A stretch of DNA of 64,000 bases from contig NMRA01000208.1 of NCBI GenBank assembly GCA_002633005.1, forward strand, positions 535,606-599,605, given 5' to 3'. Each line of letters begins with the position of its first letter. Within the stretch, counting starts at the first letter, position 1. Of this stretch, positions 14,547-28,089 are shown in pieces. Both the position numbers and the translations under genes were made by a program. Below the pieces are notes generated by a model that had not been told where the DNA came from, made no database searches, and saw only the letters and a list, made by a program, of their open reading frames with translations. Source of the DNA: Phoronis australis (lineage: Eukaryota > Animalia > Phoronida).

Positions 14547-15622
14547 GTAAGTATTAGATACTGTAATGTAAGCGCAAGGCTTTGTTGGTAGGATTGTTCA
14601 GAAGCTACCTCTAAAGTCAAAATGTATAGTAAGTGATGGTTGAGCCGTTGGGAAAGGCTCCATCATTCAGTGTATCCTGGTGAATAATTGTTGTTAGTCT
14701 TAAAAATAATCCTTGCAAATCATCCAGTACTAATCAATACTAACAGTGTTTGAACTAAAACAAGAAGGTTTTTACTGCATGAAGTGTTTCATGCACTTAA
14801 AGTCCTCTCTGAGTACACAATGTTCTCTATGGTTCTTGCATCACTGTGCAATGTCTTAATTCCTTCTAGGCATGCATCATTGCTTGTATACACAGGTCAC
14901 AATAAACAGAAAGAATGAAGGCAACAGAAAAATCATGAACCTTTCAGTGTCTCCAACACTATCGGAGGAAGAACGTGATTTTCATGTATTTGATACAATT
15001 ATTTCCTATTTCATTTAAATAACGTTACACATTTTGGTAGGATTCCACACCATTCACTGTGCTTGTCTGGGTTATCAACCAGTGGACCCATGGTACATTA
15101 ATTAGACAACTGAAAGGTCAGAGTGGGTGTTGAGCTCATTATGGGCCTTTGAAAATGTAATTTTATGGTGTGACCCTTGGCAAAAACAGTGGCAAAATTT
15201 ATACGTCAGGTCGACAAAATTATCCTTGTTACATCAACATACTGTAAAGGATAAGCCATTAAAAGTGCTTTGAGGAATTAGTTAATAAAAGAGCAGTCAT
15301 CAAATGAGAAAATCTTGAGTAACTCAAGAACTGTATATATAGGAAGACACCAATAACACACTGCGGACAGCCATAGATGAGTTATGTTTACATCCCAAAT
15401 TTCAGATGGTTCTGTTGCAGGATCGCTCCGCAATTATTTGAAAACTGGCCGTCACCATAAGAAAAGTTTTATAACACAGTTAAAAAGACTTGGTTTTCTG
15501 CCAAGTAATGAAGTATCCGCTGATTGCAAACGATGGCAAGATTGGAATGATAATGTACAACAAACAGATGAGTAGATTGACCAAACATTACGCGCTCACC
15601 GTTTTTGCTCATAAGTGTGATC

Positions 15623-15629
<7 letters not shown>

Positions 15630-15683
<54 letters not shown>
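15630..15683. repeat. (TA)27 microsatellite, empty insertion site
   Basis: Flanks tcaataaat / gctcattga are the same as those bracketing the insertion in copy 2. Confidence 0.95.
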
Positions 15684-15684
<1 letters not shown>

Positions 15685-17719
15685 CTCATTGAATACAATA
15701 ATATTAAAATGTCAAAAAGCATTTCATCTTTCCTTCAGTAAAGAGCAAGAAAGGTATGGGTATTTTCTGTCCAAATAAGACTAGTCCTACCGAACTGACT
15801 GATTGCAAGAGAGGCTAATGCATTAATTGGGGGTGGGTGATAAACCGAGGGAAAATTTGGGATGGGTGGTTGGAAAGCCAAGTTTAGACATATCCTGGAC
15901 GAGTATGACATTTTATATTTCCAACAATGTATAAGGTCAGAATTTTTTATCTGTCTATTGCATTTGTGGGTGTGTGTGCGTGCGTTCGTGCGTGTGTGTT
16001 CATGCATTCGTACGTGTGTGCATGAGTATGTGTGAGTGTGTATTTGTGTGTAAAGGAAGATTTGTAGCGCCACCGTTGGCGTTGTTAAAGCGATGTGGCC
16101 TGAAATTTTCTGAGCTTTATGTGGAATAGAATGAAACATAGGTCCTCCCTTAAAAATCCTGGAGATCACTTCTCAGCTGAGTAAGGAACATAACAAGGCC
16201 AAATTAATGGCCTAAATCAGAACTTGTTCTTGACAGAAATCACAGGTTTAATGTTGCTTTAAGTGTGTTAATGGCATTAGGATTGTGAAGTAAGAATGTA
16301 TAAACCCCAATAATAGTATGAGAAATACAATTATTGCAAGTCATAATGTCACCATTGTCACTCTTTATTAATGATCTGTGCAACAAACATCCTGCTACCA
16401 TTTGTTCATTCGCAGTGACAGACATACAGAGTAGAATGGAAGGGAAAATGAATGTTTTAATGGAAGTATGTGGGCCGTTACTGGCGTTACAAATGTCATC
16501 TAGACGATATTCTTTTTTATTTATTGGACATTGTATTGCTATGCTTATCCTCGTTAGTCTGGGAGTGCTCTCCCTGGGGGGGGGGCCTAGATACTGTGTT
16601 GATACTATAGCTGTGTAACATGACTTAGATGACAAAATATGTATCTGCCATAGGTAAAGTTGGGTTACGTTGGAAAGGAAATTAATGAAGCGACTATAAG
16701 AAACCACAGTACAGAAACTAATGAAATGTTATGAGATATTACTGTATAACAAGCACAGTATGTGGTGATGGAATAGCATGGAAACACAGTATTACTCTTT
16801 TGTATCTTTTGTTCACTCATGGTACTCCACACGTAGTTATCTAAACTCACCTCAAAACTACTTTTCATTATTTTTTGTTTTTGGCACTTTGTGAATTGTA
16901 ATTTTGCCAAAGTATGATCCTCTGTCATTTGTGTTTCTCTGTCGTGATTTTTTGCCTGCATACACTCTTTAGGTAGCAATTCTTGTAAAATATACATCCA
17001 GTGTGCAACTTGTGAAAAAAAATCAAGTTTGTTTTTTGTTAAAATTGATAAAATGATGGCGTTGTGACAACCATTGTTCAGAGTTTTTGGAGCTCTAACT
17101 GGACACAGGTGGCATTCTGATGGGCACATTTGAAAATTTTCTTTTACAGAGCCATTGCTCTGGTGAACTTTTGAGAGATCTTTCTGAAACTTAGTCATGT
17201 AGATAGACCTCATCAAGTAGTAAAACCTGTATCGGTGTCTTATTTTTTTACCACAGCTTGCAATTTTCGAGTTGTTTGAAGTTCTCTGACAATCTTTTTA
17301 TTGACTAATCATTCGTGGGATCTGTTTCATGAAAAGTGACTTCAGACTTGAGACAAATATTTGGTCTTTTGGTCCCACTTCACTACTATTAATTAATGTT
17401 TAATTAATAAATAATTATTAGCACGTCGTTGCCTGGAAATAATTTGCATAAATTTGCTCATTAACAATGATGGGTATCTTCTCAGACACTATTATTGTTA
17501 TTGTCATTGTTATTATTATTATTATTATTATTTTGCATTTTAAAGGTTTTTTACAAAAAGCAAGTGTAGGTGAAATTAAATGTAGAGCATAAATTGTTTA
17601 AGATGATACTGAAAATGGTACGACTGTCAAACTTTAAATCTACCTTGATACTATACTGTTTGCTAGTCCAGGTAAAACTTACTGTTGAGACTGAGCTGAT
17701 GGCGCAGTGTAATGCCCAT

Positions 17720-18120
17720 AGCTGTTTTTACACTTGGAATAGTTGTCACGATGCGAGTTGTCACGGTGCGAGTTGTCACGGTGCGAGTTGTCACGGTGCG
17801 AGTTGTCACGGTGCATCTTGCTCCACTTAAATCACATTCACACGACATTATATTGCAAACTGGATCAGCAAGAGTCTTTTACAAAAAGATTGCATTTAAA
17901 GATGGTCCTTCTCCATCCTGCCCCAGTTGTGTTTAGACGTATAGTTGATAATTTGGAGCAACTGATCGAGTGCAGCACGCTCTAGCTCTCAAACCGGTGT
18001 CAGAAATGGTCGCCGGGGTGTCAACTTGATCCATGTCAGTCTTGCTTACTCACCCATTTACGCCCATTCAGCTGTTCTGTGTGAGTTGCTCCATGACAGG
18101 TGTCTCCCCCTGTAAATGCG
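17720..18120 (+). mobile_element. Dispersed repeat (MITE-like), with allelic copy at about 27965-28390 and diverged inverted copy at about 43015-43450
   Basis: Shared segments cacacgacatta.attgcaaactggatcagc, ggagcaactgatc.agtgca, gtgtcaacttg, cagctgttctgtgt and ccccct.taaatg.gg. Confidence 0.75.
17740..17814. repeat. 15-bp tandem repeat (gagttgtcacggtgc) x5
   Basis: Direct inspection. Confidence 0.95.
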
Positions 18121-18562
18121 GCTCATGAGGGGGTCTATTTCACCAGTTTGTACCCCTTATTAACATCTCACCTTCATCTTGATGTACTGTATTCAGCCTA
18201 TGAAGTGCCCGGGGCACTGAGTCACAAAACAACATTTTACGTAAGAGGTGCATATCCAGCCTTAAAGCAGGAATCAATGGTATTTAAGGCATGTTCACTT
18301 TCTGCTATAATTCAGTGTTTTGATTAGCAAACATGCTCTTTTTTACTTTGAAGTAAAGNGGATCGCTCCGCAATTATTTGAAAACTGGCCGTCACCATAA
18401 GAAAAGTTTTATAACACAGTAAAAAAGACTTGGCTTTCTGCCAAGTAATGAAGTATCCACTGATTGCAAACTATGGCAAGATTGGAATGATAATGTACAA
18501 CAAACAGATGAGTAGATTGACCAAACATTACGCGCTCACTGTTTTTGCTCATAAGTGTGATC

Positions 18563-18605
<43 letters not shown>

Positions 18606-18608
<3 letters not shown>

Positions 18609-21600
18609 GTTTACATGCAGATGTGGGGTTATTTTTTGAAACCTTAAAGTGGGGTAAAATTTTTAGACCTTGTTCCGGGGTATATATAAAATATATAGCC
18701 CGCAACTATATATGCCCCATTGGGTATATGCCCCGGAACAATATATATCCCACACCTATATATACCTCACTAGATATATGCCCCAGTACAATATATAGCC
18801 CGCAAGTATATATGTCCCGTTAGGTGTATACAATATATATCCCGCAACTTTATATGTCCCATTAGATATATGCCCCACTACATTACATATCCCGGTTTTC
18901 CACTGTTCTTACAATCCACATTATATACAAGCCCTGCAACTACATGTATATATGTGTCACACTCGGTTAAAGTCTTTAGGTGCCAAAATACACTCCTCCA
19001 AAGACCACTTTAATAACCTGTATGCGTCCACAACAGATTTTACCACTTTCGAACTTAAAAATATACGATGCTTTTACCTGTTTATTACTCTGAAACGTGA
19101 GCAGATGACACTATCTGTGTCAGGCTCTACGGTGTAAGTTGATACCTTTGAAAAAAATACTTTTCTACAAATACATGTACGTTGGCACCCTTTTGAATGA
19201 CATTCTTGCTTAATTCGCCAACAAAAACTATCACAGATGAACATTTAATCATTTATTGATCTTGCACATAGTGAACTATGAATACCATAATTGTCTTTAA
19301 AATCAAGTGATGGGCACCAAAAATAGAAGATACATATACATCCATAGGAACAATGCTTGTGATATGCATGTACAAACAGTTTCATCTTGCACATCTTAGC
19401 AGACTTCCAGTCACCACAAATTTAGAATCCGACCATCTTCGTAACAATTACCACTAAAAATTAAAGAAAATTTGACAGTTTTAGATTAAATGGTGTTTGC
19501 TTTCTTCATACAAAATCTCTTATACATAGTGACTACAATTCTCAATAACTGAAAGCAGTAATTTTAAAGATGTTTAAATTGCAAAAACTACAATGCCATT
19601 TGCCTGTATTGTATAATTAATAAAACTCATGTTCTGAAAGGCAGTGGTTGAAGTAATGAGGGTGATGATGAAGACCCTAAGGAACGAAGGTAGCACTATA
19701 TAGCTTAAGACACAAAAAACATAATTAAAATATTCATTGTCACTACCATTAGCAAGGGCAGATCCTGGTAACTTCGCTACGCCATTATCAAATGTCCTGC
19801 TATCATCACTTTGAGCATCACAAACAGATCCCAATGACTCTTTTCCCACCTCGATGGAGACTGTCGCATTGTCATCATCACTCTCAGCATCATGGCATAG
19901 TTTGGAAAATTTTCCTTCATCTTACAATTTTCCAGACTTCATACTCTTGTTGACATTAATTCAGTGTATCGCCTGAAAATACAATTGAAGTTTTTAAACA
20001 CACATATTAATATGATAAAAGTTTGAAGATTGGGCAGGATGTTCTTTTCCCAATAATAAATGCATTGAAGCTGTCATGAAACAGCTTTTGTTACAGTATC
20101 TAAGACTTAATTTTAGGGAATTACAGGCATTTTTTGTATATTTTACTTAACTTAGGCCTGACAGGTATCTACTTAGTTTCATTTTTTACACTTTCCACAA
20201 TTTTCTTAGAGCAGAACTGTAATCATTTGGCAGGTGTCCTTGCACACTTTGCAAAAGCTATGATCATTCCTGTGAGGTATATATTTAGTTACGGAATCTT
20301 TAGTTTTACTTTACGCGTATGTCTTGTTCATATGGTGAATATTTGTCACCAGTGGAGCTTGTATTAGCTATGAGGTTTGCACCTTAGAGCAACCATTTCT
20401 TTGTTGTCGCACTAAGGATTGGAGGTAACACTGGAGCTTCAGACCATAGACGTGGATCCTACATTCTTACTAAAATACACTATTTTACACAAACAATAAT
20501 ATATCATTAACTATTATAATAATAACAATACTTTTGTGATTTAATGTAATTGAAATCTGTTAGGGAGGCCCTTTAGCATCCCTGCAAGTCGATAGTCTAA
20601 AGGGGAGTTAGTCGGAAAGAGATTTTAGGAGCAGGGGCCTTTTTATAGGTTTTTGGTCTGAAGACCAAAGGACCTTTATTCTAAAGAGTGTTAACCTGAA
20701 AATTGTGCTTTGTTTGTTCGTGAAAAATTGACTTCTCTTAAAAAAAGGAAACTAAACCATGTTCTAATGATTCCAACCAATCCTGCTCCTGTCATCTGCT
20801 CATGCATCATAGACATCAATCTTGAAAGAGCTGGAGTTACTAAAAACTTGCACCCCTATTTCGCTTTTTGGTTTTTGGTGGGTGGTCTTTTCACGCAGTT
20901 GCCATGAAATTCTCTAAAGCGTAGTCCCGCTTGGCCGTTTAGTTGACTTTCAAGAGTTTCAAAATTTTCCGAACGTTTCAGAATTGTCGAGAGTTACAAG
21001 CCGTTATTTTGTTCCTGGATAGTAAAGATGTTTTTGTATTTGGTGATAAGTCAAAACCGAGTCTGTCTTCATTTTTATTTTCTGAACTGTCTTTGGTCGG
21101 AAGGGCCATTGGTCTGATTGGTCCACTGAGCATAACATCTTGCAATAATCCTGATTAGCAAGCATGAAAGAGTGCCAGGTAACCATATTGCCATGACCAT
21201 GATTGGTGGGTTGCAGGGCTAAGATGACAAGAGCAAAATGACGAAAAAGGTGTGAATCTTCAAAACAAAGTCGTTATCATTTGCATTCATAATAATTCTT
21301 AATTGTGCTTAAATGTACTAAAACAGCAGTCTTCTATAAGCTCCATTGTAATGTCATCACCCAGATCACTTTCAGACTGACAGTCTTTCGAACTAAAGTT
21401 CCTTTGCCTAGTGACTATCAAAGTTCCTTCGGAATACAGAATCGACCAACCCCATCTCAGCACATTTCGTATAGACATCACAAAACAATAAAGAAACAAT
21501 AGCTGAAAAGGTATTACTATATGTTTTAAATCACCAAGAAATAAATTTTGAATTTACAAATATATTGTGTGATGAAATTTGAAAAACAAGTGATTTTAAT

Positions 21601-24600
21601 TACAAGACATACCTTTCAGACGATCTATCAGAAAATTCTTGATTATTTTAGCAGAACTGAACACCTTGTGACGAAAACGGCATCAATCACTTCTTCACCT
21701 GAAACAAATTAAAAATGCAGTGATCTTACCTTTGCATTCATTTGTTTGGCTTACTTAAAGCTGTCTTCTAAATTTCCATTAACATGAGTTTGAAAGTTTT
21801 TAAGTTATTCTGCTACATTAAATGGTTCACCTAGTTAACAATAAATATGTTGGGAGGAAAACTGTTGCAAATAATGAAATGTACAATGTTTTACAATGCT
21901 AGTTGATGTATGTCTGAAAAAGAGGCTATATGCTGATGGTATAAGGATCAAAATGACTCTATATTTACCTTATGAAAGAATTAAATCAAAGTAGCCATTA
22001 GTTATGTTCTCGCACTCACGAGTTTACAAAAATAAAATAGCGGAAACCTTGCAGAAATGTGTAGAATCTAAGAAAATGTATATGTATATTTCCCATAATA
22101 CTTCATTTATATGAAACACACCCCCTTCTTAACTCACCCATGTTAAGTTGCATGTTTCCCTACTCTGAGAAAACAAACACCAAATTCCACCTTCATCTGT
22201 GTCATCGTCACTTGAACTGAAAGGAGTGACAACATTCTCATTTGAAAAAAAAATCAAAACTATCAATAGAAACGAAATGCTGTCTATAGTCCAAAGGGTC
22301 TTTAGTCCGAAAACAATAGGATCTATAGCCCGAAGAGTCAATAATCGGAAAAGAAAACTTTAATATTATTTTTTACATTATTCCGTAATCTACAGAGTTA
22401 AATGTCTTCAGAATTTCAGTTAATTTTACACCATTTTCTCCATCTTTCAAAATTCCCTAGAGCTCTGTAAAGCATGCAAAGCTCTCTTTCATGAAATTGC
22501 AGTTATTGAACGAAAAACAACCTGAACAAGATACGAACATTTAGTTTGATGTTGCAAAATATTCTAGGTAACTACCGAGTTGGTAAGACAGATAAAATTC
22601 CCCTTAATTTTACAGTGCTGTAGTGATAAAAAATATGTAAGTAGGCACCCAAAGTCCTTCGTGTCGCTTTGACTGCTGAATTTTAAAAGTGCATTGAACT
22701 CGCAAAACCTGACTCACAAACATGTAGGCATCTATTTTGACTGATGGGTAGGTATTTATATAGAGTCTGCAGTGGCGGATCTTGGATGTCGGAGAAAAAG
22801 GGTAAAAAAAAACATTTTCGAAGGCAAAGGTCTACGTGCATTCCAAGTGGTCTCTGAAGGGGNCTCGTATACGCTACATGTACGTGTAATTACAAATGTG
22901 GTTGCTACGATAAAATGTTAAAAGGTGGTTGGCTGCAACTACGCCCCACGTATACCATAAATACCATAACTCCCGGTGGGTAGGCGCTATGTTGAACAGC
23001 AAAAAGGTAGTTGGCTGCGCCTACATGCATCTACGCCCCACTACAGCACTGTAAGACTATTGACCAATCGACCCACAGACCCTTTGGACCACTCCATCCC
23101 TTGTTGAGTCATTTAAGCAGACATCAAAGTTACTAAGAGAATCCAAAGATATTTTTAAGTATTTTTTCACACGGTCTGGTCTAGTGTATGTGACATATGT
23201 TTAGTGAATACACATTCTAGGCCCTTGGTTATTAAAGATTTGAGAACCTGTATATTTTGGCAACTTAGACAAAATAACTTGTTATTTTACCCTGGATTTT
23301 CCCATTTCAAGTTTGAGATTTGGTTTTCAGTCACAGATTTCCAAGGGCTCATTTAAGAGTTAAAAAAGATCTAAGGTTGATACTAGATCACTCACATTGA
23401 ATCAATGTCGAAACATGTACGAATCACTGTTTCTTGCTACATTAAGTAAAAACTCACATTTACAGAGTAGGCAAACAACACAGCACACCTATACTTTTGG
23501 TCACTAATTTCCAGGCTTGTTTGAAGTGTTAAATATTTTTTAAGGAAAAGTGTTCGGTTGACATTTAGGACTGAACCGGACCAAACTGCTAAAGTTTTAT
23601 GGAAGATTTTACTCAATGCCTCACGATATGTTTTAGTGTAATGTTACGGTGTATGTACATTTGCTTTCCAGAATTTGGTTCTTGTTAGAATTTGTAATAT
23701 GTACATTTATTTGCTTATTTATTTGATCGAGAGATTCCATCTTAGAGGGACTTTTGTAGCGTTCCAGTCCACAAAATGGACGTTTTTCTTAGGAAAATCG
23801 GTACTGAAAGGACACCCATTTGTAAGGAATTCTCTCAGAAAAGGTACCATTTAGCAGTGAATCTGGAAAATCTTACGATGTGCAATTCCTCTCAGAGATA
23901 TAAAGCATAGAAATCTACAACTCTGTGGAGTTTTTAAAGTAAAAGGAATTATTCAGCTCATAATACTAAGGGGGTGGTTAGATTTTGAAATATTTTTAGG
24001 AGGTACAGATGCGAGTATAAGGCCGCATCTTCTGCATTAGAATAGTTCCTAAGACTCTATTAAAAGCATGTTAGCCATCCATAATCACCACTCTGATACA
24101 TGAATTTGCAGTTACTTTAATAATCAAAATATTAAGGAATTTGAAAGACTTACCATAGACTTAGATCTCGGATGTACCATAGACTTAGATCTCGGATGCA
24201 CAATCTTCCACACAAACATTCTTGTTTCAGATAAAACCAAATAAAACTCAAACTCTAAAACGAATGTTCAACCCCATGTCTATTAACACTAAAATCAAAA
24301 CCTCAGACGCTTGTTGCAGTGGAAGGTCAAGTAACTTAATATCCTCCATGGCCATTACATAACAGTACACCAATGTAGGTCACATATGGCACTCTGTAGC
24401 AGGACACTCATAATAACAGTGACATCTTTTGGGAGAGACTGCACAGAGTTATATATAAGATGTTGTGATGAAACCAAGTTGTTGAGAGAATACATGTGGA
24501 GGCACTGTGCATGCCAAATAACAGTTTCTGATAGGTCTGAAATTGTGGGGCATTATATATACCCCACAATTTTTTGCAACCCCACAGTAAAGGTCTCATA

Positions 24601-24634
24601 TATAAAAATGCCCCGGATCTGTATAGTTCTCTTA

Positions 24635-24635
<1 letters not shown>
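18606..24635. mobile_element. About 6.0-kb DNA-transposon-like element inserted in a (TA)n microsatellite
   Basis: Absent from the allelic copy; flanked by (TA)18 and (TA)16; imperfect terminal inverted repeats (cagatgtggggttattttttgaaaccttaaagtggggt versus reverse complement of right end cagatccggggcatttttatatatgagacctttactgtggggt); subterminal atatatgcccc repeats; contains a gap (n at 22863). Confidence 0.85.
22613..23051. mobile_element. Nested MITE with CAGTGCTGTAGTG TIRs and TA flanks (Tc1/mariner-like geometry)
   Basis: ttacagtgctgtagtg (22610-22625) and cactacagcactgtaa (23039-23054) are perfect 16-bp inverted repeats. Confidence 0.65.
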
Positions 24636-24668
<33 letters not shown>

Positions 24669-26529
24669 CTCATTGAGTACAATTATATTAAAATGTCAAA
24701 AAGCATTTCATCTTTCCTTCAATAAAGTGCAAGAAATGTATGGGTATTTCCTGCCCAAATAAGACAGTCCTACCGAACTGACTGATTGCAAGAGAGGCTA
24801 ATGTTTGCATTAATTGGGAGTGGGTGATAAACCGAGGGAAAATTTGGGCTGGGTGGTTGGAAAGCCAAGTTTAGACATATCCTGGACGAGTATGACATTT
24901 TATATTTCCAACAATGTATAAGGTCAGAATTTTTTATCTGTCTATTGCATTTGTGGGTGTGTGTGCGTGCGTTCGTGCGTGTGTGTGTTCATGCATTCGT
25001 ACGTGTGTGCATGCGTATGTGTGTGTGTGTGTATTTGTGTGTAAAGGAAGATTTGTAGCGCCACCGTTGGCGTTGTTAAAGCAATGTGGCCTGAAATTTT
25101 CTGAGCTTTATGTGGAATAGAATGAAACATAGGTTTTCCCTTAAAAATCCTGGAGATCACTTCTCAGCTGAGTAAGGAACATAACAAGGCCAAATTAATG
25201 GCCTAAATCAGAACTTGTTCTTGACAGAAATCACAGGTTTTATGTTGCTTTAAGTATGTTAATGGCATTAGGATTGTGAAGTAAGAATGTATAAACCCCA
25301 ATAATAGTATGAGAAATACAATTATTGGAAGTCATAATGTGACCATTGTCACTCTTTATTAATGATCTGTGCAACAAACATCCTGCTACAATTTGTTCAT
25401 TCGCAGTGACAGACATACAGAGTAGAATGGAAGGGAAAATGAATGTTTTAATGGAAGTATGTGGGCCGTTACTGGTGTTACAAATGTCATCTAGACGATA
25501 TTCTTTTTTATTTATTTGACATTATATTGCTATGCTTATCCTCGTTAGTCTGGGAGTGCTCTCCCTGGGGGGGGGCCTAGATACTGTGTTGATACTATAG
25601 CTGTGTAACATGACTTAGATGACAAAATACGTATCTGCCATAGGTAAAGTTGGATTACGTTGGAATGGAAATTAATGAAGCGACTATAAGAAACCACAGT
25701 ACAGAAACTAATAAAATGTTATGAGATATTACTGTATAATAAGCACAGTATGTAGTGATGGAGTAGCATGGAAACACAGTATTACTCTTTTATATGTTTT
25801 GTTCACTCATGGTACTCTACACATAGTTATCTAAACTCACCTCAAAACTCCTTTTCATTATTTTTTTGTTTTTGGCACTTTGTGAATTGTAATTTTGCCA
25901 AAGTATGATCCTCTGTTGTTTGTGTTTCTCTGTTGTGATTTTTTTGCCTGTATACACTCTTTAGGTAGCAATTCTTGTAAAATATACATCCAGTGTGCAA
26001 CTTGTGAAAAAAATCAAGTTTGTTTTTTGTTAAAGTTGATCAAATGATGGCGTTGTGACGACCATTGTTCAGAGTTTTTGGAGCTCTAACTGGACACAGG
26101 TGGCATTCTGATGGGCACATTTGAAAATTTTCTTTTACAGAGCTATTACTCTGGTGAATTTTTGAGAGATCTTTCTGAAACTTAGTCATGTAGATAGACC
26201 TCATCAATTAATAAAACCTGTATCGGTGTCTTAGTTTTTCATCACAACTTGCACTTTTCGAGTTGTTTGAAGTTTTCTGACAATCTTTTTATTGACTAAT
26301 CATTCCTGGGATCTGTTTCATGAAAAGTGACTTCAGACTTGAGACAAAAATTTTGTATTTTGGTCCTACTTCACTGCTATTAATTAACGTTTAATTAATA
26401 AATAATTATTAGCACGTTGTTGCCTGGAAATAATTTGCATAAATTTGCTCATTAACAATGATGGGTATCTTCTCAGACACTATTAATAATTGTTATTGTC
26501 ATTGTTATTATTATTATTATCTTGCTAAC

Positions 26530-27400
26530 ATAAGTTGAATTATTTTCCAGAAATAGTTATGTGGAACGTAAGACCAAATACCTCTCTTAACTCCTAAGTC
26601 ACTTTTGATGAATTGTGTTCATCAGTTTTTGGTGGACACTTCATTGACAGTGAAGGCAATATTTATGGCTTAGTTATTGTTTTTAATAAGACTTGTCTTC
26701 AGTGTTGGAGACAGCATCTTGTCTTTGTTTATGTCCATATTTCTGGTGTCTGAGTGATGTTGTGGTCATCTTATTTTCTTTAAGTATCGTTGTTTTTGTC
26801 ATCTTTGTCGCTCTTTCTTTCGATTTCATAACTCAGAGCTTTTATTTTTTGTTTGAATATGAAAGGTGCACGCAATATGTAAAGTCTAAATATCTCAAGA
26901 GTTTTGTTTTTTTGGTTAGCATTGAAAAAATGGAGCTGTAGCTGCCATTTTTTCAGCAATTCGTTTTTGGAAGAAATTACGAAATTAAGTGTGCCGATTT
27001 TGCGAAGAGCTGCAACAAAATGTGTCATCGTTTTTTCAGTGTTTGAATTACTGGAGATTTCCCAACGCTGTTCTTTTATTGACTGATCATCCCTCACTTT
27101 CGTGCCAAGTCCCATGATTTTACAAGTCTTTGTTTCTTTATCCATTTAGTTATGAATGTTTGATGATGATGATGCCGATCACCACGGTATTGTCATTGTA
27201 GTTTATAGTGTCATTTACAATGTTGTGGTCTTAGAATTCATCATAACTTCCACCGCTTTGAGGTGGTGATGTATGTCATGTCTAAAATCTCTTGATTTCA
27301 ATGTTAGAAGCTGGTGTAAATACACTAATGGACTTTAAACATGTTTGAATTCATGACCTTTGCATCATAGTCCTGTTGTCCAGTTGTCTTTGTTGTTATC
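26530..27400 (-). mobile_element. Possible Penelope-like retroelement N-terminal remnant
   Basis: ORF 26780..27145 (EKTMTHFVAALRK...LQLHFFNAN) and downstream AINI...KRG..SYVP resemble PLE N-terminal motifs (HLxFL..C..IPKGLQL; VINLS...KGLxFVP); degenerate. Confidence 0.35.
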
Positions 27401-27404
27401 TCCA

Positions 27405-27715
27405 TTGTCAGTCTGCTGCAATAGTGGAAAGGTGGAATCAGAAATACACCGTCTTCTTGAATGTAAATTATATTCTGATTTCCGCATATATTTTTTGCCT
27501 AGATTCGATGGGGTGGATGAAGCAGTATTCAGGGTTCTCCTGCAGACCCATGATTTAAATATCTTGAGAAAATTGCTAAATATGCTGAGAAAAGTCGAAA
27601 TGAGTTTCTTGATTAAATTAGTATTGGTTTACATATCCTGTAGTGTACTCTCTGTTTATTATATATATTTGTGATGTGGGCCGAAAGCTTATTTACGTGA
27701 AATACATTTACGTAT
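27405..27715 (+). mobile_element. 3' end of a non-LTR retrotransposon (C-terminal CCHC-type motif)
   Basis: VCCNSGKVESEIHRLLECKLYSDFRIYFL matches the CxxCN..VEDExHFLLxCxxYxDxR C-terminus common in invertebrate LINE ORF2, followed by an AT-rich tail. Confidence 0.65.
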
Positions 27716-27984
27716 TCTGTTTCACCAAATATCACTTCCTGCAGCTCTTTTGTTCTGCTGTCACTTTTATGGCGGCATTTTAAAAGGTTTTTTTTACAAA
27801 AAGCAAAAGTGTAGGTGAAATTAAATGTAGAGCACAAATTGTTTAAGATGATACTGAAAATGGTACGACTGTCAAACTTTAAATCTACCTTGAATCTGTA
27901 CTGTTTGCTAGTCCAGGTAAAACTTACTGTTGAGACTGAGCTGATGGCGCAGTGTGATGCCCATAGCTGTTTTTACACGTGGAA

Positions 27985-28089
27985 TAGTTGTCACGATGCG
28001 AGTTGTCACGGTGCGAGTTGTCACGGTGCGAGTTGTCACGGTGCGAGTTGTCACGGTGCGAGTTGTCACGGTGCGAGTTGTCAAGGTGC
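27985..28089. repeat. 15-bp tandem repeat (gagttgtcacggtgc) x7, allelic VNTR
   Basis: Direct inspection. Confidence 0.95.

Larger units (their letters stand above)
15420..18358 (+). repeat. Duplicated block copy 1 (allele without insertions)
   Basis: Collinear with 18360-18605 + 24636-26525 + 27775-28623; single n at 18359 between copies. Confidence 0.93.

Noticed and set aside
15735-17216. ORFs of 144-183 aa in the duplicated block
   Set aside because: Partly microsatellite-derived and disrupted or shortened in the allelic copy; no recognisable domains.
19105-19133. Phase-2 ATG...gtaagt segment (MTLSVSGSTV); a similar one lies at 33586-33602
   Set aside because: Inside the polymorphic transposon or too short; illustrates the chance background for such candidates.
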